Positions 8,918-19,008 of a DNA stretch of 64,000 nucleotides are shown piece by piece (the stretch's first letter is position 1; every line of letters begins with the position of its first letter). Made by a program: the position numbers and the translations under genes. The DNA is from Ignavibacteriota bacterium (GTDB taxonomy: Bacteria > Bacteroidota > Ignavibacteria > UBA10030 > UBA6906). The stretch lies in contig CAWDEM010000008.1 of assembly GCA_963801355.1 (NCBI GenBank), forward strand, positions 128,001 through 192,000. Reading direction: 5' to 3'. Under the pieces are notes generated by a model that worked only from the letters and a program-made list of their open reading frames with translations, was not told where the DNA came from and did no database searches.

Positions 8918-10663
8918 ATGGCTGACGTAAAAGGCACGACACGGTCATCTCGGTTCGACCCTGACTACAGCGAGGCCGATTACAGCGAGATGTTGAAATT
9001 GTACGAGGGGACCCTCGGCACAATCAGCGAAGGCGAGATCGTCAGGGGACGCATCGTCGCCATCGGCGACAGCGAAGTGTCCGTCGATATTGGATTCAAG
9101 TCCGAAGGCGTCGTTCCGCTCGCCGAGTTCACGAAACAGGAAGAGCTGAAGGTTGGAGAAGAAATTGAAGTCTTCCTGGAAAGCGTGGAAAACAAGGATG
9201 GCCAGCTGGTGCTGTCACGCAAGCGCGCTGACTTCATGCGGGTGTGGGAGCGGGTCACCAAGGCGTTCACGACAGGAGAGGTGCTGCAGGGCCGTTGCGT
9301 CCGCCGCATCAAAGGTGGCATCGTCGTCGACCTCATGGGCATCGATGCCTTCCTTCCCGGTTCGCAAATCGATGTCCGTCCCGTGCGTGACTTTGATGTC
9401 TTCATCGGCAGGATCATGGATTTCCGCGTGGTGAAGATCAACCACCCATCCGAAAACGTCGTCGTCAGCCATAAGGTCCTTGTTGAAGAAGAAATGGCCG
9501 GCCAGCGCAAGGCCATCATCGAAAGCCTCGAAAAAGGACAGATCCTGGAAGGTTCAGTGAAAGCGATCACCGATTTCGGCGTCTTCGTGGACCTCGGTGG
9601 CGTCGACGGCCTCGTGCACATTACCGATCTCTCCTGGGGCCGCATCAATCATCCTTCGGAAATCGTCAAGCTGGACCAGACGATCAACGTCGTGGTGCTG
9701 GATTTTGACCAGGAAAAGAAACGCATTTCGCTGGGCTACAAACAACTCCAGCCGCATCCCTGGGAGAATATCCAGGCCAAGTATCCCGTGGGTACGAAGG
9801 TCACCGGCAAGGTGGTCTCCCTGGCGGACTACGGTGCATTCGTGGAGATCGAGAAAGGCATCGAAGGTCTGATCCATATTTCCGAAATGAGCTGGACCCA
9901 GCACATCAAGCACCCCTCGCAGGTCGTGTCGATGGGCCAGATGGTCGATGCCGTGATCCTCAGCCTCGACAAGGATGCCAAGAAACTGTCGCTGGGCATC
10001 AAGCAGCTCGAGCCGGATCCGTGGCTGACACTCATGCAGAAGTACCCGGTCGGCTCACGGCACAAAGGCATCGTGCGCAACCTGACCAACTTCGGCGTGT
10101 TCGTGGAGCTGGAGCAGGGTGTGGACGGCCTCGTGCACATTTCCGACCTGTCGTGGACGAAGAAGGTCCGTCACCCGGGCGAAATCGTGAAGAAGGGCGA
10201 TGAGATTGAAGTGGTGATTCTCGGAGTGGATGTCGACCAGCGCCGGATTTCTCTCGGCCACAAGCAGATCGATGACAATCCCTGGGAGAAGTTCGGAGAA
10301 AACTACAAGATCGGCACGGAGGTGGAAGGCAAGATCGTCCGCATCATCGAGAAGGGCGTGATCGTGGAGTTGCCTCTCGGTGTGGATGGCTTTGTCCCCA
10401 TCTCACAGCTGGCGATGGGACAGATCAAGAATATCGCGGACAAGTTCAAAATCGGCGACCCGCTGCCGTTGCGCGTCGTTGAGTTTGACAAGGACGCGAA
10501 AAAGATTGTTCTCTCGGCCGTGGAATTCCTGAAAGGGAAGGAAACACGCGTGGTGCAGGACTACATGGCCGCGCACAAGCTGCCGACCCACACGGTGGCC
10601 GATCTCGCGACGATAACGGGGCAGACCTCGGACGGGGATACCTCGATTCCGAAAGAGAACTAA
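8918..10663 (+). CDS. rpsA: 30S ribosomal protein S1
   Basis: Repeated S1 domains ([21 protein letters not shown] etc.); AGGAGG upstream; cmk-ispH-rpsA synteny. Confidence 0.97.
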   Translation: MADVKGTTRSSRFDPDYSEADYSEMLKLYEGTLGTISEGEIVRGRIVAIGDSEVSVDIGFKSEGVVPLAEFTKQEELKVGEEIEVFLESVENKDGQLVLSRKRADFMRVWERVTKAFTTGEVLQGRCVRRIKGGIVVDLMGIDAFLPGSQIDVRPVRDFDVFIGRIMDFRVVKINHPSENVVVSHKVLVEEEMAGQRKAIIESLEKGQILEGSVKAITDFGVFVDLGGVDGLVHITDLSWGRINHPSEIVKLDQTINVVVLDFDQEKKRISLGYKQLQPHPWENIQAKYPVGTKVTGKVVSLADYGAFVEIEKGIEGLIHISEMSWTQHIKHPSQVVSMGQMVDAVILSLDKDAKKLSLGIKQLEPDPWLTLMQKYPVGSRHKGIVRNLTNFGVFVELEQGVDGLVHISDLSWTKKVRHPGEIVKKGDEIEVVILGVDVDQRRISLGHKQIDDNPWEKFGENYKIGTEVEGKIVRIIEKGVIVELPLGVDGFVPISQLAMGQIKNIADKFKIGDPLPLRVVEFDKDAKKIVLSAVEFLKGKETRVVQDYMAAHKLPTHTVADLATITGQTSDGDTSIPKEN

Positions 10664-10680
10664 GCACGCCGTATATTCCG

Positions 10681-10721
10681 AGGGGGTTGACTGCGGGTGA
10701 CCGCCGGTCGGCCCCCTTTTT
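10681..10721 (+). terminator. Intrinsic terminator after rpsA
   Basis: AGGGGGTTGAC...GTCGGCCCCCT hairpin followed by T-run. Confidence 0.75.
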
Positions 10722-10730
10722 GTATATCCT

Positions 10731-12035
10731 ATGGCCCGTATAGCACTCCATACTCTTGGTTGCAAGCTCAACTTCGCCGAGTCATCGTCCCTGGGCGGAC
10801 AGTTCATCGATCGGGGATTTGAACTCGTCGAGCTGGATGAGCCGGCGGATGTCGTGCTCCTCAACACGTGCAGCGTAACCGGGAGGGCCGACCGGGAATG
10901 CCGGCAGCTCATCCGCAGGGCTCTGCGGACGTCGCCGGGCGCTTTCGTCGTCGTGACCGGCTGCTACGCCCAGCTTGCCCCGGAGCAGGTGGCTTCCATT
11001 GACGGTGTCGATCTTGTTCTCGGCACCAAGGAAAAGTTCACGGTATTCGACTTTGCGGGTGATTTCCGGAAGAATGCGGCACCGAAAGTGTGCGTGTCTG
11101 AAGTCGGGACAGCCGACACGTTCGGTCCCGCAATGTCCACGCTTGCCGGCGACCGCACACGCGGTTACCTCAAAGTCCAGGACGGATGCGACTACCACTG
11201 TACGTTCTGCACAATCCCGCTGGCCCGCGGCGAGAGCCGGAGTCAGCCCATCGGCGAGAGCGTCCGCCAGGCCGGGCAGCTTGTCGAACGCGGATTCAAA
11301 GAAATTGTCCTCACGGGAGTCAACGTGGGTGACTACGGACGCAAACAGGGGGAGTCGCTGCTTCTCCTGCTGCGGGCTCTGGTGAGAGTGCCGGGGCTCC
11401 GCAGGATCCGCATTTCCTCCATCGAGCCCAATCTTCTCACGGAGGAACTGCTGGATACGATAGAGGAACACGAAATGCTGTGTAAGCATTTCCACATTCC
11501 CCTGCAAAGCGGATCAGACGCAGTGCTCCGCCGGATGCGGCGAAGATACAACCGGTCGCAGTATGCGGATCTCGTGCACCGCGTGCGCACGCGTTTTCCT
11601 GATAGCGGCATCGGCGCCGATGTGATCGTGGGATTTCCCGGAGAGAACGGGGAGGAATTCCGGGAAACGCACCAATTCCTTGCCGACCTGCCGTTGTCGT
11701 ATCTCCATGTCTTTACGTATTCCGAGCGGCCTCATACCCCTGCGGCGTTGCTCCCCGGCCCCGTGACGGCGCACGAGCGATCCTCAAGAAATGCCATGCT
11801 GCGCGAGCTCAGCGAGCGGAAGCGGACGGCATGGTGCAGGGAGATGGTGGGTAAAAGCGTCACGGTGTTGACAGAGAGCACGGTGGAAGACGGCCGGAGG
11901 CTCGGCTTTACTGGCTCGTTCCTGCGTGTCGGGGTGGACGAAAGTGCCGCGCCGGAAAATACTCTCGTGCAGGTCAGGATCGCCGGTGCACACGATGAAC
12001 GTTGCTACGGAACAGTCGAGGAGATTACGGGGTGA
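10731..12035 (+). CDS. mtaB: tRNA t6A37 methylthiotransferase
   Basis: UPF0004 N-terminus LGCKLN..LNTCSVT, radical SAM KVQDGCDYHCTFC, RISSIEP, C-terminal TRAM-like region. Confidence 0.9.
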   Translation: MARIALHTLGCKLNFAESSSLGGQFIDRGFELVELDEPADVVLLNTCSVTGRADRECRQLIRRALRTSPGAFVVVTGCYAQLAPEQVASIDGVDLVLGTKEKFTVFDFAGDFRKNAAPKVCVSEVGTADTFGPAMSTLAGDRTRGYLKVQDGCDYHCTFCTIPLARGESRSQPIGESVRQAGQLVERGFKEIVLTGVNVGDYGRKQGESLLLLLRALVRVPGLRRIRISSIEPNLLTEELLDTIEEHEMLCKHFHIPLQSGSDAVLRRMRRRYNRSQYADLVHRVRTRFPDSGIGADVIVGFPGENGEEFRETHQFLADLPLSYLHVFTYSERPHTPAALLPGPVTAHERSSRNAMLRELSERKRTAWCREMVGKSVTVLTESTVEDGRRLGFTGSFLRVGVDESAAPENTLVQVRIAGAHDERCYGTVEEITG

Positions 12036-13381
12036 AGATCACGGCTGTACAGAGCGGAAGCGTTGCCGGGGATGCAGGAGTCATTGCGGGAGATGAACTG
12101 CTGGCAATCAACCGTGAGCCCATGCGGGATATTCTGGACTACCGGTTCTATGAAGGAGATGAGAAGGTACTGCTGCGGGTCGCACGGGACGGCACAATCA
12201 TTGAGTTTGACATTGAAAAGGACGATCAGGAACCGCTGGGTCTCGAATTTGAAGAGATGAAGATCCTTTCCTGCGGAAACGACTGCATTTTCTGCTTTGT
12301 GGATCAGAATCCGAAGGGACTGAGGAAAGAGCTGTATTTCCGCGACGGCGACTACCGCCTGTCGTTCATGTACGGCAACTACACCACGATGACCAATGCA
12401 GGGCCTGCGATCCTCCGGCGTATCATCCACCAGCGTCTTTCCCCGCAATATATATCCGTCCATGCGACCGACCACGAGGTCCGGAAACGGCTCATGGGGA
12501 TCACCAAGGACGATCGGATCCTCGAGAAAATCGGTCTCCTGCATGATCACGGCATCGAGATGCACACGCAGATTGTGCTCTGCCCGGGTATCAATGACGG
12601 CGCGATTCTTGAACGGACTGTGCGGGATCTCTACCGCTTCAGAAAGCACATCACTTCGCTTGCGGTCGTACCGGTGGGGTTAACGAACCACAGGGCCGAC
12701 CTGCCTGCACTCCGGCGTGTGGACAAACCGTATGCACAGTCTCTTCTGGCCACTGTCGGCGAATGGCAGCACGAATTCCGCGCGGAGATCGGACGGGCAT
12801 TTGTGTATCCTTCGGACGAGTTCTTCATCACCGCCGGGAGAGCCATCCCGCCTCCGTCGTACTACGACGGTTTTCCCCAGATTGAAAACGGCGTGGGAAT
12901 GGTGAGGACCTTTGTGACGCAGTTCCGGCGGTCCGCCCCGTATTTCCCCGCTCGCCTTCCTCAGCGCAAGCGGCTGGTGATGGTGACGGGGAAACTCGCA
13001 AGCGGCATGATGCGCTCGGAGGTCTTGCCCCGGCTGGCAATGGTCCGCAATCTCTCCGCCGAGCTCTCCGTTGCGGCAAATACGTTATTTGGACCCGACG
13101 TCACTGTTTCTGGACTTCTTTCGGGGAAATGTCTATATTCTGCTTTGAAAGGGAGGTATTCGGACGCTGACCTTGTCCTCCTCCCGCCGGATATCATAAA
13201 CACAACCGGCCTCTTTCTTGATGATATGACACGGGAGCATCTGGAAGAGCGACTGCAGGTGCCGGTGATGATATTCTCCGGCCGCTGGGCCGACGTATTT
13301 CGCAGGCTGCATACCACTGAAAGGAGGCGTCACACCGCGCCGTTGGTACGATCTGCACGCAAAAAAGGAGCTTCACGATGA
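12032..13381 (+). CDS. PDZ-containing radical-SAM-like Fe-S protein (DUF512 family)
   Basis: N-terminal PDZ-like segment, CGNDCIFCFVDQNP, DGDYRLSFMYGNY, PQIENGVGM; GTG start overlaps mtaB stop. Confidence 0.8.
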   Translation: MKITAVQSGSVAGDAGVIAGDELLAINREPMRDILDYRFYEGDEKVLLRVARDGTIIEFDIEKDDQEPLGLEFEEMKILSCGNDCIFCFVDQNPKGLRKELYFRDGDYRLSFMYGNYTTMTNAGPAILRRIIHQRLSPQYISVHATDHEVRKRLMGITKDDRILEKIGLLHDHGIEMHTQIVLCPGINDGAILERTVRDLYRFRKHITSLAVVPVGLTNHRADLPALRRVDKPYAQSLLATVGEWQHEFRAEIGRAFVYPSDEFFITAGRAIPPPSYYDGFPQIENGVGMVRTFVTQFRRSAPYFPARLPQRKRLVMVTGKLASGMMRSEVLPRLAMVRNLSAELSVAANTLFGPDVTVSGLLSGKCLYSALKGRYSDADLVLLPPDIINTTGLFLDDMTREHLEERLQVPVMIFSGRWADVFRRLHTTERRRHTAPLVRSARKKGASR

Positions 13382-14139
13382 AGGTACGACTGCGGTGTGC
13401 TGCGGTGCTTCTGTGCGGTATGGCAGGGTTGTCCACGACGGGCCTGGCTCAGTCCACCCGCCTCTCTCACGATGAAGTCGCACGCGATTTGTTGTCCGCC
13501 CTCCCGGAGTCTTCCCCGGCCCCGCAGGCTGTGGATGATCAGGTCCATTCCCGCAAATCTGCGGGCCTCGCCGCTCTCTACTCCCTGGTTATTCCCGGCA
13601 TGGGCGAGTTGTATGCGGAAGGATTCAGCTCCGGGAAGTACTTCTTGATTGCTGAAGGAGGGCTCTGGCTCACCTATGCAGCTTTCGAGATCCACGGGAA
13701 TGACTTGCGCGACGGGGCGCGCACATTTGCCGCGGCGCGTGCCGGGGTTGCGATCGGGGGGAAAGACGAGCAGTTTTTCGTGGATGTCGGCAATTTCATC
13801 ACCATGGATGAATACAACGAGAAACGTCTTCGCGACCGGCAGCCGGAGAGGCTCTACAGTGCGGCTTCCGGTGAGTACTGGCGGTGGGATACTGAGAATT
13901 CGCGGCTGACGTACCGGGAGCAGCGTGTATCGAGCGAACAGATGTACAATAACCGGAAGTTTGTTGCCGCCGCAATTGTCATCAATCATGTCGTGAGTGC
14001 CATCAACGCGGCGCGGGCGGCTATTTCGTACAATTCTTCGCTTGAAAGTTCCCTCGGTAGCCTGGAATTCTCCAGCCGTGTACTCGGGGGGGCCGGGCGT
14101 GAACACGGCGTGCTGGTGACCGTGTCGAAAACATTCTGA
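13378..14139 (+). CDS. Exported/membrane hypothetical protein (DUF5683-like)
   Basis: Signal peptide; KSAGLAALYSLVIPGMGELY motif; ATGA-coupled to upstream gene. Confidence 0.6.
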   Translation: MKVRLRCAAVLLCGMAGLSTTGLAQSTRLSHDEVARDLLSALPESSPAPQAVDDQVHSRKSAGLAALYSLVIPGMGELYAEGFSSGKYFLIAEGGLWLTYAAFEIHGNDLRDGARTFAAARAGVAIGGKDEQFFVDVGNFITMDEYNEKRLRDRQPERLYSAASGEYWRWDTENSRLTYREQRVSSEQMYNNRKFVAAAIVINHVVSAINAARAAISYNSSLESSLGSLEFSSRVLGGAGREHGVLVTVSKTF

Positions 14140-14867
14140 TGCGGTGTCTGAAGCTCACAGTTGAATATGACGGCACGGACTTCGTGGGCTGGCAAAGTCA
14201 GCTGAACGGCCGTGCGGTACAGGATGAGATCATCCGCGTACTGCACCTGGTGCTCGGTGAGCAGGTGACGCTGATAGGCGCGGGACGTACGGATTCCGGC
14301 GTGCATGCGCGTGGACAGGTGGCGGGGTTCCAGACGGAGAATCCCATCGCTCCGGCAAAGCTCTTTTCCGCTTTGAACGGGCAGCTTCCGGAAGACATCC
14401 GCGTTCACGCGGTGGACGAAGTGCCACTGACGTTCCATGCCAGGTTCGACGCAAAGCAGCGCAGGTACTCGTATCGCATCAGCCTCAGACCCACGGCACT
14501 GGACCGCCGGGCGAGCTGGTTTGTGAAATATCCGCTCGATGTTACGTTGATGAGCTCTGCGGCAGGGCAGTTGCGTGGCACACACGACTTCAGCGCATTC
14601 TGTAAGCACGAAGCGGAAGTTGAGAACCGGGTCTGTTCCGTTGTTATGTCGGAATGGGTTGTCGTCGACGGTCGGCTGATTTATCATGTTGCTGCGGACC
14701 GGTTCGTTCACGGGATGGTCCGGGCGATGGTGGGGACGATGGTGGACATCGGCAGGGGACACACGCCTCTGGAATCCCTTTCCGCAATCTTTGCAGTGCA
14801 AGCTCGCTCGGCGGCCGGCGGGACTGCTCCCGCCAGGGGGCTCTGCCTGGAGGAAGTGCTGTACTGA
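14139..14867 (+). CDS. truA: tRNA pseudouridine(38-40) synthase
   Basis: EYDGTDFVGWQ, GAGRTDSGVHA, FHARF, MVRAMVG, TAPARGL. Confidence 0.95.
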   Translation: MRCLKLTVEYDGTDFVGWQSQLNGRAVQDEIIRVLHLVLGEQVTLIGAGRTDSGVHARGQVAGFQTENPIAPAKLFSALNGQLPEDIRVHAVDEVPLTFHARFDAKQRRYSYRISLRPTALDRRASWFVKYPLDVTLMSSAAGQLRGTHDFSAFCKHEAEVENRVCSVVMSEWVVVDGRLIYHVAADRFVHGMVRAMVGTMVDIGRGHTPLESLSAIFAVQARSAAGGTAPARGLCLEEVLY

Positions 14868-14888
14868 ATCAAGAATCAAAGAAGAATC

Positions 14889-14916
14889 AAAGCCTGACTT
14901 TAAAGCCAGGCTTTTT
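14889..14916 (+). terminator. Probable intrinsic terminator after truA
   Basis: AAAGCCTG...CAGGCTTT stem with following T's. Confidence 0.55.
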
Positions 14917-15033
14917 CCCCAGGCTTCAGCGTAAATCAGGGTCCTTCCGTAATCTATTTTTCACCCCGCAAAAACCTTCCATTCGCTGTAGTAACCTGTA
15001 CAGAAACAGTTCTCCCTGTTACAGGGCAAAACC

Positions 15034-16569
15034 ATGGTCTCAAAGGTCCTCAGCTGCGCCACGCACGGCGTCAACGCCTTTCTTGTAGACGTGGAGACCA
15101 ACCTGGAGCGGCAGATTCCGGGTTTTTCCATAGTCGGCTTGCCCGACAACGCTGTCAAGGAGAGCCGGGAGCGCATCCTTGCCGCAATCCGGAATTGCGG
15201 GTTTGAATTTCCCCTGCGTAAGATCACTGTCAATCTCGCCCCCGCTGACATCCGGAAAGAAGGGTCCTCATTTGACCTCCCGATGGCGCTGGGTATACTC
15301 GCGGCAACAGGCCAGGTGCTCCCGGCTGTGCTCCCGGACTTTGTGATGGTGGGAGAACTTGCCCTCGATGGGACACTCCGGCCTATTCGCGGCACGCTCC
15401 CGATGGCCATGGAGATCCGGAGGCTCGGGATAAAAGGGATGCTTGTGCCGCGGGAAAACGGAAAGGAAGCGGCAATGGTGTCCGGAATTTCCGTCTATCC
15501 GGTGTCCTCGCTCAAAGAATCAGTGGAGTTCCTCAATGCCGATCACGCCAGACTGGCTCCGCTGGCGGTCGATGTCGCAAGCATCTTCGCGCAAGATCAG
15601 AAGTACTATGCGGATTTTGCCGACGTGAAGGGACAGGAGAATGTTAAGCGAGCACTTGAAGTGGCAGCCGCAGGTGCCCATAATATAATAATGATAGGTC
15701 CTCCCGGTTCAGGTAAAACCATGCTGGCAAAAAGGCTCCCTAGCATACTTCCACCTCTCACGTTCGAGGAGGCTCTCGAAACGACCAAGATACACTCCGT
15801 AGCCGGACTTCTCCCTCCGGATACAGCACTTGTGGCGACGCGGCCGTTTAGATCACCCCATCATACGATATCTGACTCAGCACTCGTTGGAGGCGGTGCC
15901 GTTCCACGCCCCGGGGAAATCTCGCTTTCCCATCACGGCGTGCTCTTCCTGGATGAGCTCCCGGAGTTCGCCCGGAACGTGCTCGAGGTGCTCCGGCAGC
16001 CGCTGGAGGACGGAGCAGTCACGATCAGCCGCTCCCGGCTGTCGGTAACGTACCCCGCAAACTTCATGCTGGTGTGCGCAATGAATCCGTGCCCTTGCGG
16101 CCACTATACCGATCCCAACAAGGATTGTACATGTGGCACCGCGCTGATTCAGAAGTACATGGCCAGGATTTCCGGTCCCCTCATGGACCGGATAGACCTG
16201 CATATCGAAGTTCCGGCCGTCAAGTACCGGGAACTGGCGGGCAACGAGAGCGGCGAGCGCTCTTCCAGCATCCGCGACCGGGTTGCACACGCCAGGGCAG
16301 CCCAGGCATTGAGATTCGCCAACCGGAAAGGGCTCTACACAAATGCCGATATGCTGTCGCGTGACATCAGAGAGTTCTGCACAATCGACGGACCCGGCAA
16401 GGAACTTCTCGGCATGGCTATTACGAAGCTCGGGCTATCGGCCCGGGCGTACGACCGCATCCTGAAAGTGGCCCGAACCATCGCTGACCTGGCAGCACTG
16501 CCTTCTATCCGACCCGAGCACCTGGGTGAAGCGATTCAGTACCGGTCGCTGGACAGGGAACTCCTGTGA
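15034..16569 (+). CDS. comM: YifB/ComM Mg-chelatase-like AAA+ ATPase
   Basis: [57 protein letters not shown]. Confidence 0.92.
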   Translation: MVSKVLSCATHGVNAFLVDVETNLERQIPGFSIVGLPDNAVKESRERILAAIRNCGFEFPLRKITVNLAPADIRKEGSSFDLPMALGILAATGQVLPAVLPDFVMVGELALDGTLRPIRGTLPMAMEIRRLGIKGMLVPRENGKEAAMVSGISVYPVSSLKESVEFLNADHARLAPLAVDVASIFAQDQKYYADFADVKGQENVKRALEVAAAGAHNIIMIGPPGSGKTMLAKRLPSILPPLTFEEALETTKIHSVAGLLPPDTALVATRPFRSPHHTISDSALVGGGAVPRPGEISLSHHGVLFLDELPEFARNVLEVLRQPLEDGAVTISRSRLSVTYPANFMLVCAMNPCPCGHYTDPNKDCTCGTALIQKYMARISGPLMDRIDLHIEVPAVKYRELAGNESGERSSSIRDRVAHARAAQALRFANRKGLYTNADMLSRDIREFCTIDGPGKELLGMAITKLGLSARAYDRILKVARTIADLAALPSIRPEHLGEAIQYRSLDRELL

Positions 16570-16717
16570 ATTATCACCTGGTCAACTCCCGCAACCCGCA
16601 CTTTGTGCCTATCCCTGTTCTTCTGTGACCCGGGCCTCTTGTGGCCCGTGCTTTCGTTCGGTTGCCTCACTCCCCGTATTTTCATACCTTTAACGCCACA
16701 CTTTCCTCGAGGAGTTC

Positions 16718-17737
16718 ATGCACAAGGTTACGCTGATCCCCGGCGACGGCATCGGGCCCAGTATCACGGAAGCGGCAGTCCGCGTCATTCAGGCAGCGGG
16801 TGTCAGCATCGATTGGGAAAAGGTCGAAGCCGGACTCCCCGCAATAGACAAGTACAAGGATCCTCTTCCACAGGAGGTGCTCGACTCAATCGGGAGGAAC
16901 CGGGTGGCGCTGAAGGGGCCATTGACGACTCCGGTGGGATCCGGGTTCCGCAGCGTGAATGTTGCGCTCCGGAAAGAGTTCGATCTCTATGCCAACGTCC
17001 GGCCCGCCCGGTCGTTTGAAGGCGTTCCTTGCCGTTTCGGGACGGTAGATATTGTGATCGTCCGTGAGAACACCGAGGAATTCTATGCGGGCATCGAGCA
17101 CTATATCGACCCCCAGCACAGTGCGGCCGAGACCATCGGTGTTGTGACCCGCGCGGGGTCGGAGCGGATCGTGAAATATGCGTATGAATATGCCCGGAGT
17201 CATAACCGGAAGAAGGTCACTACAGTCCACAAGGCCAACATTCTCAAGTACACCGGCGGGCTCTTCCTGGATGTGTCGCGTCATGTCGGCGCGGAATATC
17301 CGGATATCGTAACCGATGACCGGATCATCGACAACGCGGCGATGCAAATGGTAATGAAGCCGCAGCAGTTCGACATCATCGTTACGACGAATCTCTTCGG
17401 TGACATCCTCTCCGATCTTGCATCGGGCCTCGTGGGGGGTCTGGGTCTTGCTCCCGGCGCAAACATCGGGTACTCGGCTGCCATATTCGAGGCGGTCCAT
17501 GGAAGTGCTCCCGACATCGCAGGGAAGGACATCGCCAATCCGTCCGCTGTCATACTGGCCGGCGTGATGATGCTGAGGCATCTCGCAGAGTATGGGGCAG
17601 CCGACCGCATTGAGCGTTCTGTCCGTGAAGTGATCAAAGAGGGGAAGAAGGTAACGCGGGACCTGAACCCCGAATCGGGTGTAGGGACAATCGAGATGAC
17701 TCAGGCTATTGTGGATCACGTTCAGAAATCGTTGTAG
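16718..17737 (+). CDS. icd: Isocitrate/isopropylmalate dehydrogenase family protein, probably NAD-dependent isocitrate dehydrogenase
   Basis: IPGDGIGP, RSVNVALRK, VRENTE, VHKANILK, NLFGDILSD, FEAVHGSAPDIAG. Confidence 0.8.
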   Translation: MHKVTLIPGDGIGPSITEAAVRVIQAAGVSIDWEKVEAGLPAIDKYKDPLPQEVLDSIGRNRVALKGPLTTPVGSGFRSVNVALRKEFDLYANVRPARSFEGVPCRFGTVDIVIVRENTEEFYAGIEHYIDPQHSAAETIGVVTRAGSERIVKYAYEYARSHNRKKVTTVHKANILKYTGGLFLDVSRHVGAEYPDIVTDDRIIDNAAMQMVMKPQQFDIIVTTNLFGDILSDLASGLVGGLGLAPGANIGYSAAIFEAVHGSAPDIAGKDIANPSAVILAGVMMLRHLAEYGAADRIERSVREVIKEGKKVTRDLNPESGVGTIEMTQAIVDHVQKSL

Positions 17738-17780
17738 TCGACGATGCAACGATTGTTTCAAGAGCAGGAGTTACATCGTG

Positions 17781-17915
17781 ATGATGATTAGTGAATCACG
17801 AGGATGGCGAGTCATGAAGATTGGTGATTCATGAAGATTGGCGAGTTATGAGGATTGGCGAGTCATGAGGATTGACGAGTCATGAGGATTGGCGAGTCAT
17901 GAAGATTGGTGAGCT
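17781..17915 (+). repeat. Degenerate 17-bp tandem repeat (8 copies, consensus ATGARGATTGGYGAGTC) whose last copy is the dusB start
   Basis: Units start at 17781, 17798 (16 bp), 17814, 17831, 17848, 17865, 17882 and 17899. Confidence 0.95.
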
Positions 17916-18891
17916 GACATTTGAGGAGGGGATATTCCTTGCGCCGATGGAGGATGTCACCGATCTCCCATTCCGTCTGATCTGCAAACGGATGGGTGCG
18001 GATCTCATGTACACGGAATTTGTCAACTCCGACGGGCTCGTGCGCGGAAACGTGAAGACGCAGAAGAAAATGCGGTTTCTCCCCGAGGAACGACCGATCG
18101 GCATACAGATTTATGGCGGCGACGTGGCGGCGATGGAGGGGGCGGCACAGATGGCGGAGAGTTGTGTCCCGGATCTGATTGACATCAACTGCGGCTGCTG
18201 GGTCAGGGATGTGGCGATGCGCGGTGCGGGTGCGGGCCTTCTGCGGGATCTTCCGCGCATGGAACAGATCGCGTCCACCGTCGTCCGCGCGGTGAAGACT
18301 CCCGTTACACTGAAGACCCGGCTCGGTTGGGACGCCGCCAGCATCCGCATTGTCGATGTCGCGCGAATGTGCGAGCAGGTGGGAATTCAGGCCCTGACCG
18401 TCCATTGCCGGACGCGTGAACAGGGTCACCGGGGTGCAGTGGACTACAGCTGGATCCCGCGCATCAAACAAGCGGTGTCGATTCCCATCATTGTCAACGG
18501 CGACATCGTGACACCCGAAGGAGTCCGGAGTGCCTTTGCCAGCACGGGTTGCGATGCGGTGATGATCGGCCGCGGCGCTATCTCCAACCCGTGGATTTTC
18601 CGCCAGGCAAAGCACTATCTGGCCACCGGCCAGCGTCTCCCCGATCCCACGGTTGGAGAGCGCGTTGCGTTGCTCAAAGAGCACCTCGCGCTTGCGGTGG
18701 AGCACAAGGGGGAGCGCACCGGCGTCATCGAGTTGCGGAAGCATTATGCCGGGTTCCTCCGCGGGATGCCCAATGTGGCAAAGGTGCGAAACGAACTGAT
18801 GCAGTTTACCGAACCCGGCCCGATTATCGAGCATCTTTCCCGATTCCTGGAACTCTACTCTCCCGTTGCACCCGCCGACAAACCCGCCTGA
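17899..18891 (+). CDS. dusB: tRNA dihydrouridine synthase DusB
   Basis: LAPMEDVTD.PFR, YTEFV, DINCGCWV, GAGAGLL, NGD, VMIGRGAISNPWIF, RKHY. Confidence 0.92.
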   Translation: MKIGELTFEEGIFLAPMEDVTDLPFRLICKRMGADLMYTEFVNSDGLVRGNVKTQKKMRFLPEERPIGIQIYGGDVAAMEGAAQMAESCVPDLIDINCGCWVRDVAMRGAGAGLLRDLPRMEQIASTVVRAVKTPVTLKTRLGWDAASIRIVDVARMCEQVGIQALTVHCRTREQGHRGAVDYSWIPRIKQAVSIPIIVNGDIVTPEGVRSAFASTGCDAVMIGRGAISNPWIFRQAKHYLATGQRLPDPTVGERVALLKEHLALAVEHKGERTGVIELRKHYAGFLRGMPNVAKVRNELMQFTEPGPIIEHLSRFLELYSPVAPADKPA

Positions 18892-19008
18892 CGTGTTGTT
18901 TCTGAATCCCGCTTTTCGTAGAATAGTATAATTGGATATGCAGGCCCCCGGGAGATCCCGGACTCCGCTCTCTGCTCTCTCCAAATCAAATTCCACCTGG
19001 AGGTTTTC

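Noticed and set aside
8918-10663. Internal repeats in rpsA
   Set aside because: Explained by normal S1 domain repetition
13080-13240. Slightly AT-richer patch in the DUF512 gene
   Set aside because: Short and weak; cannot be separated from noise without computation
14865-14892. GAATCAA repeated three times after truA
   Set aside because: Short and irregularly spaced; compatible with local slippage next to a terminator
17781-17915. 17-bp array as a CRISPR array
   Set aside because: Units are contiguous with no spacers, are too short, and no cas genes are present
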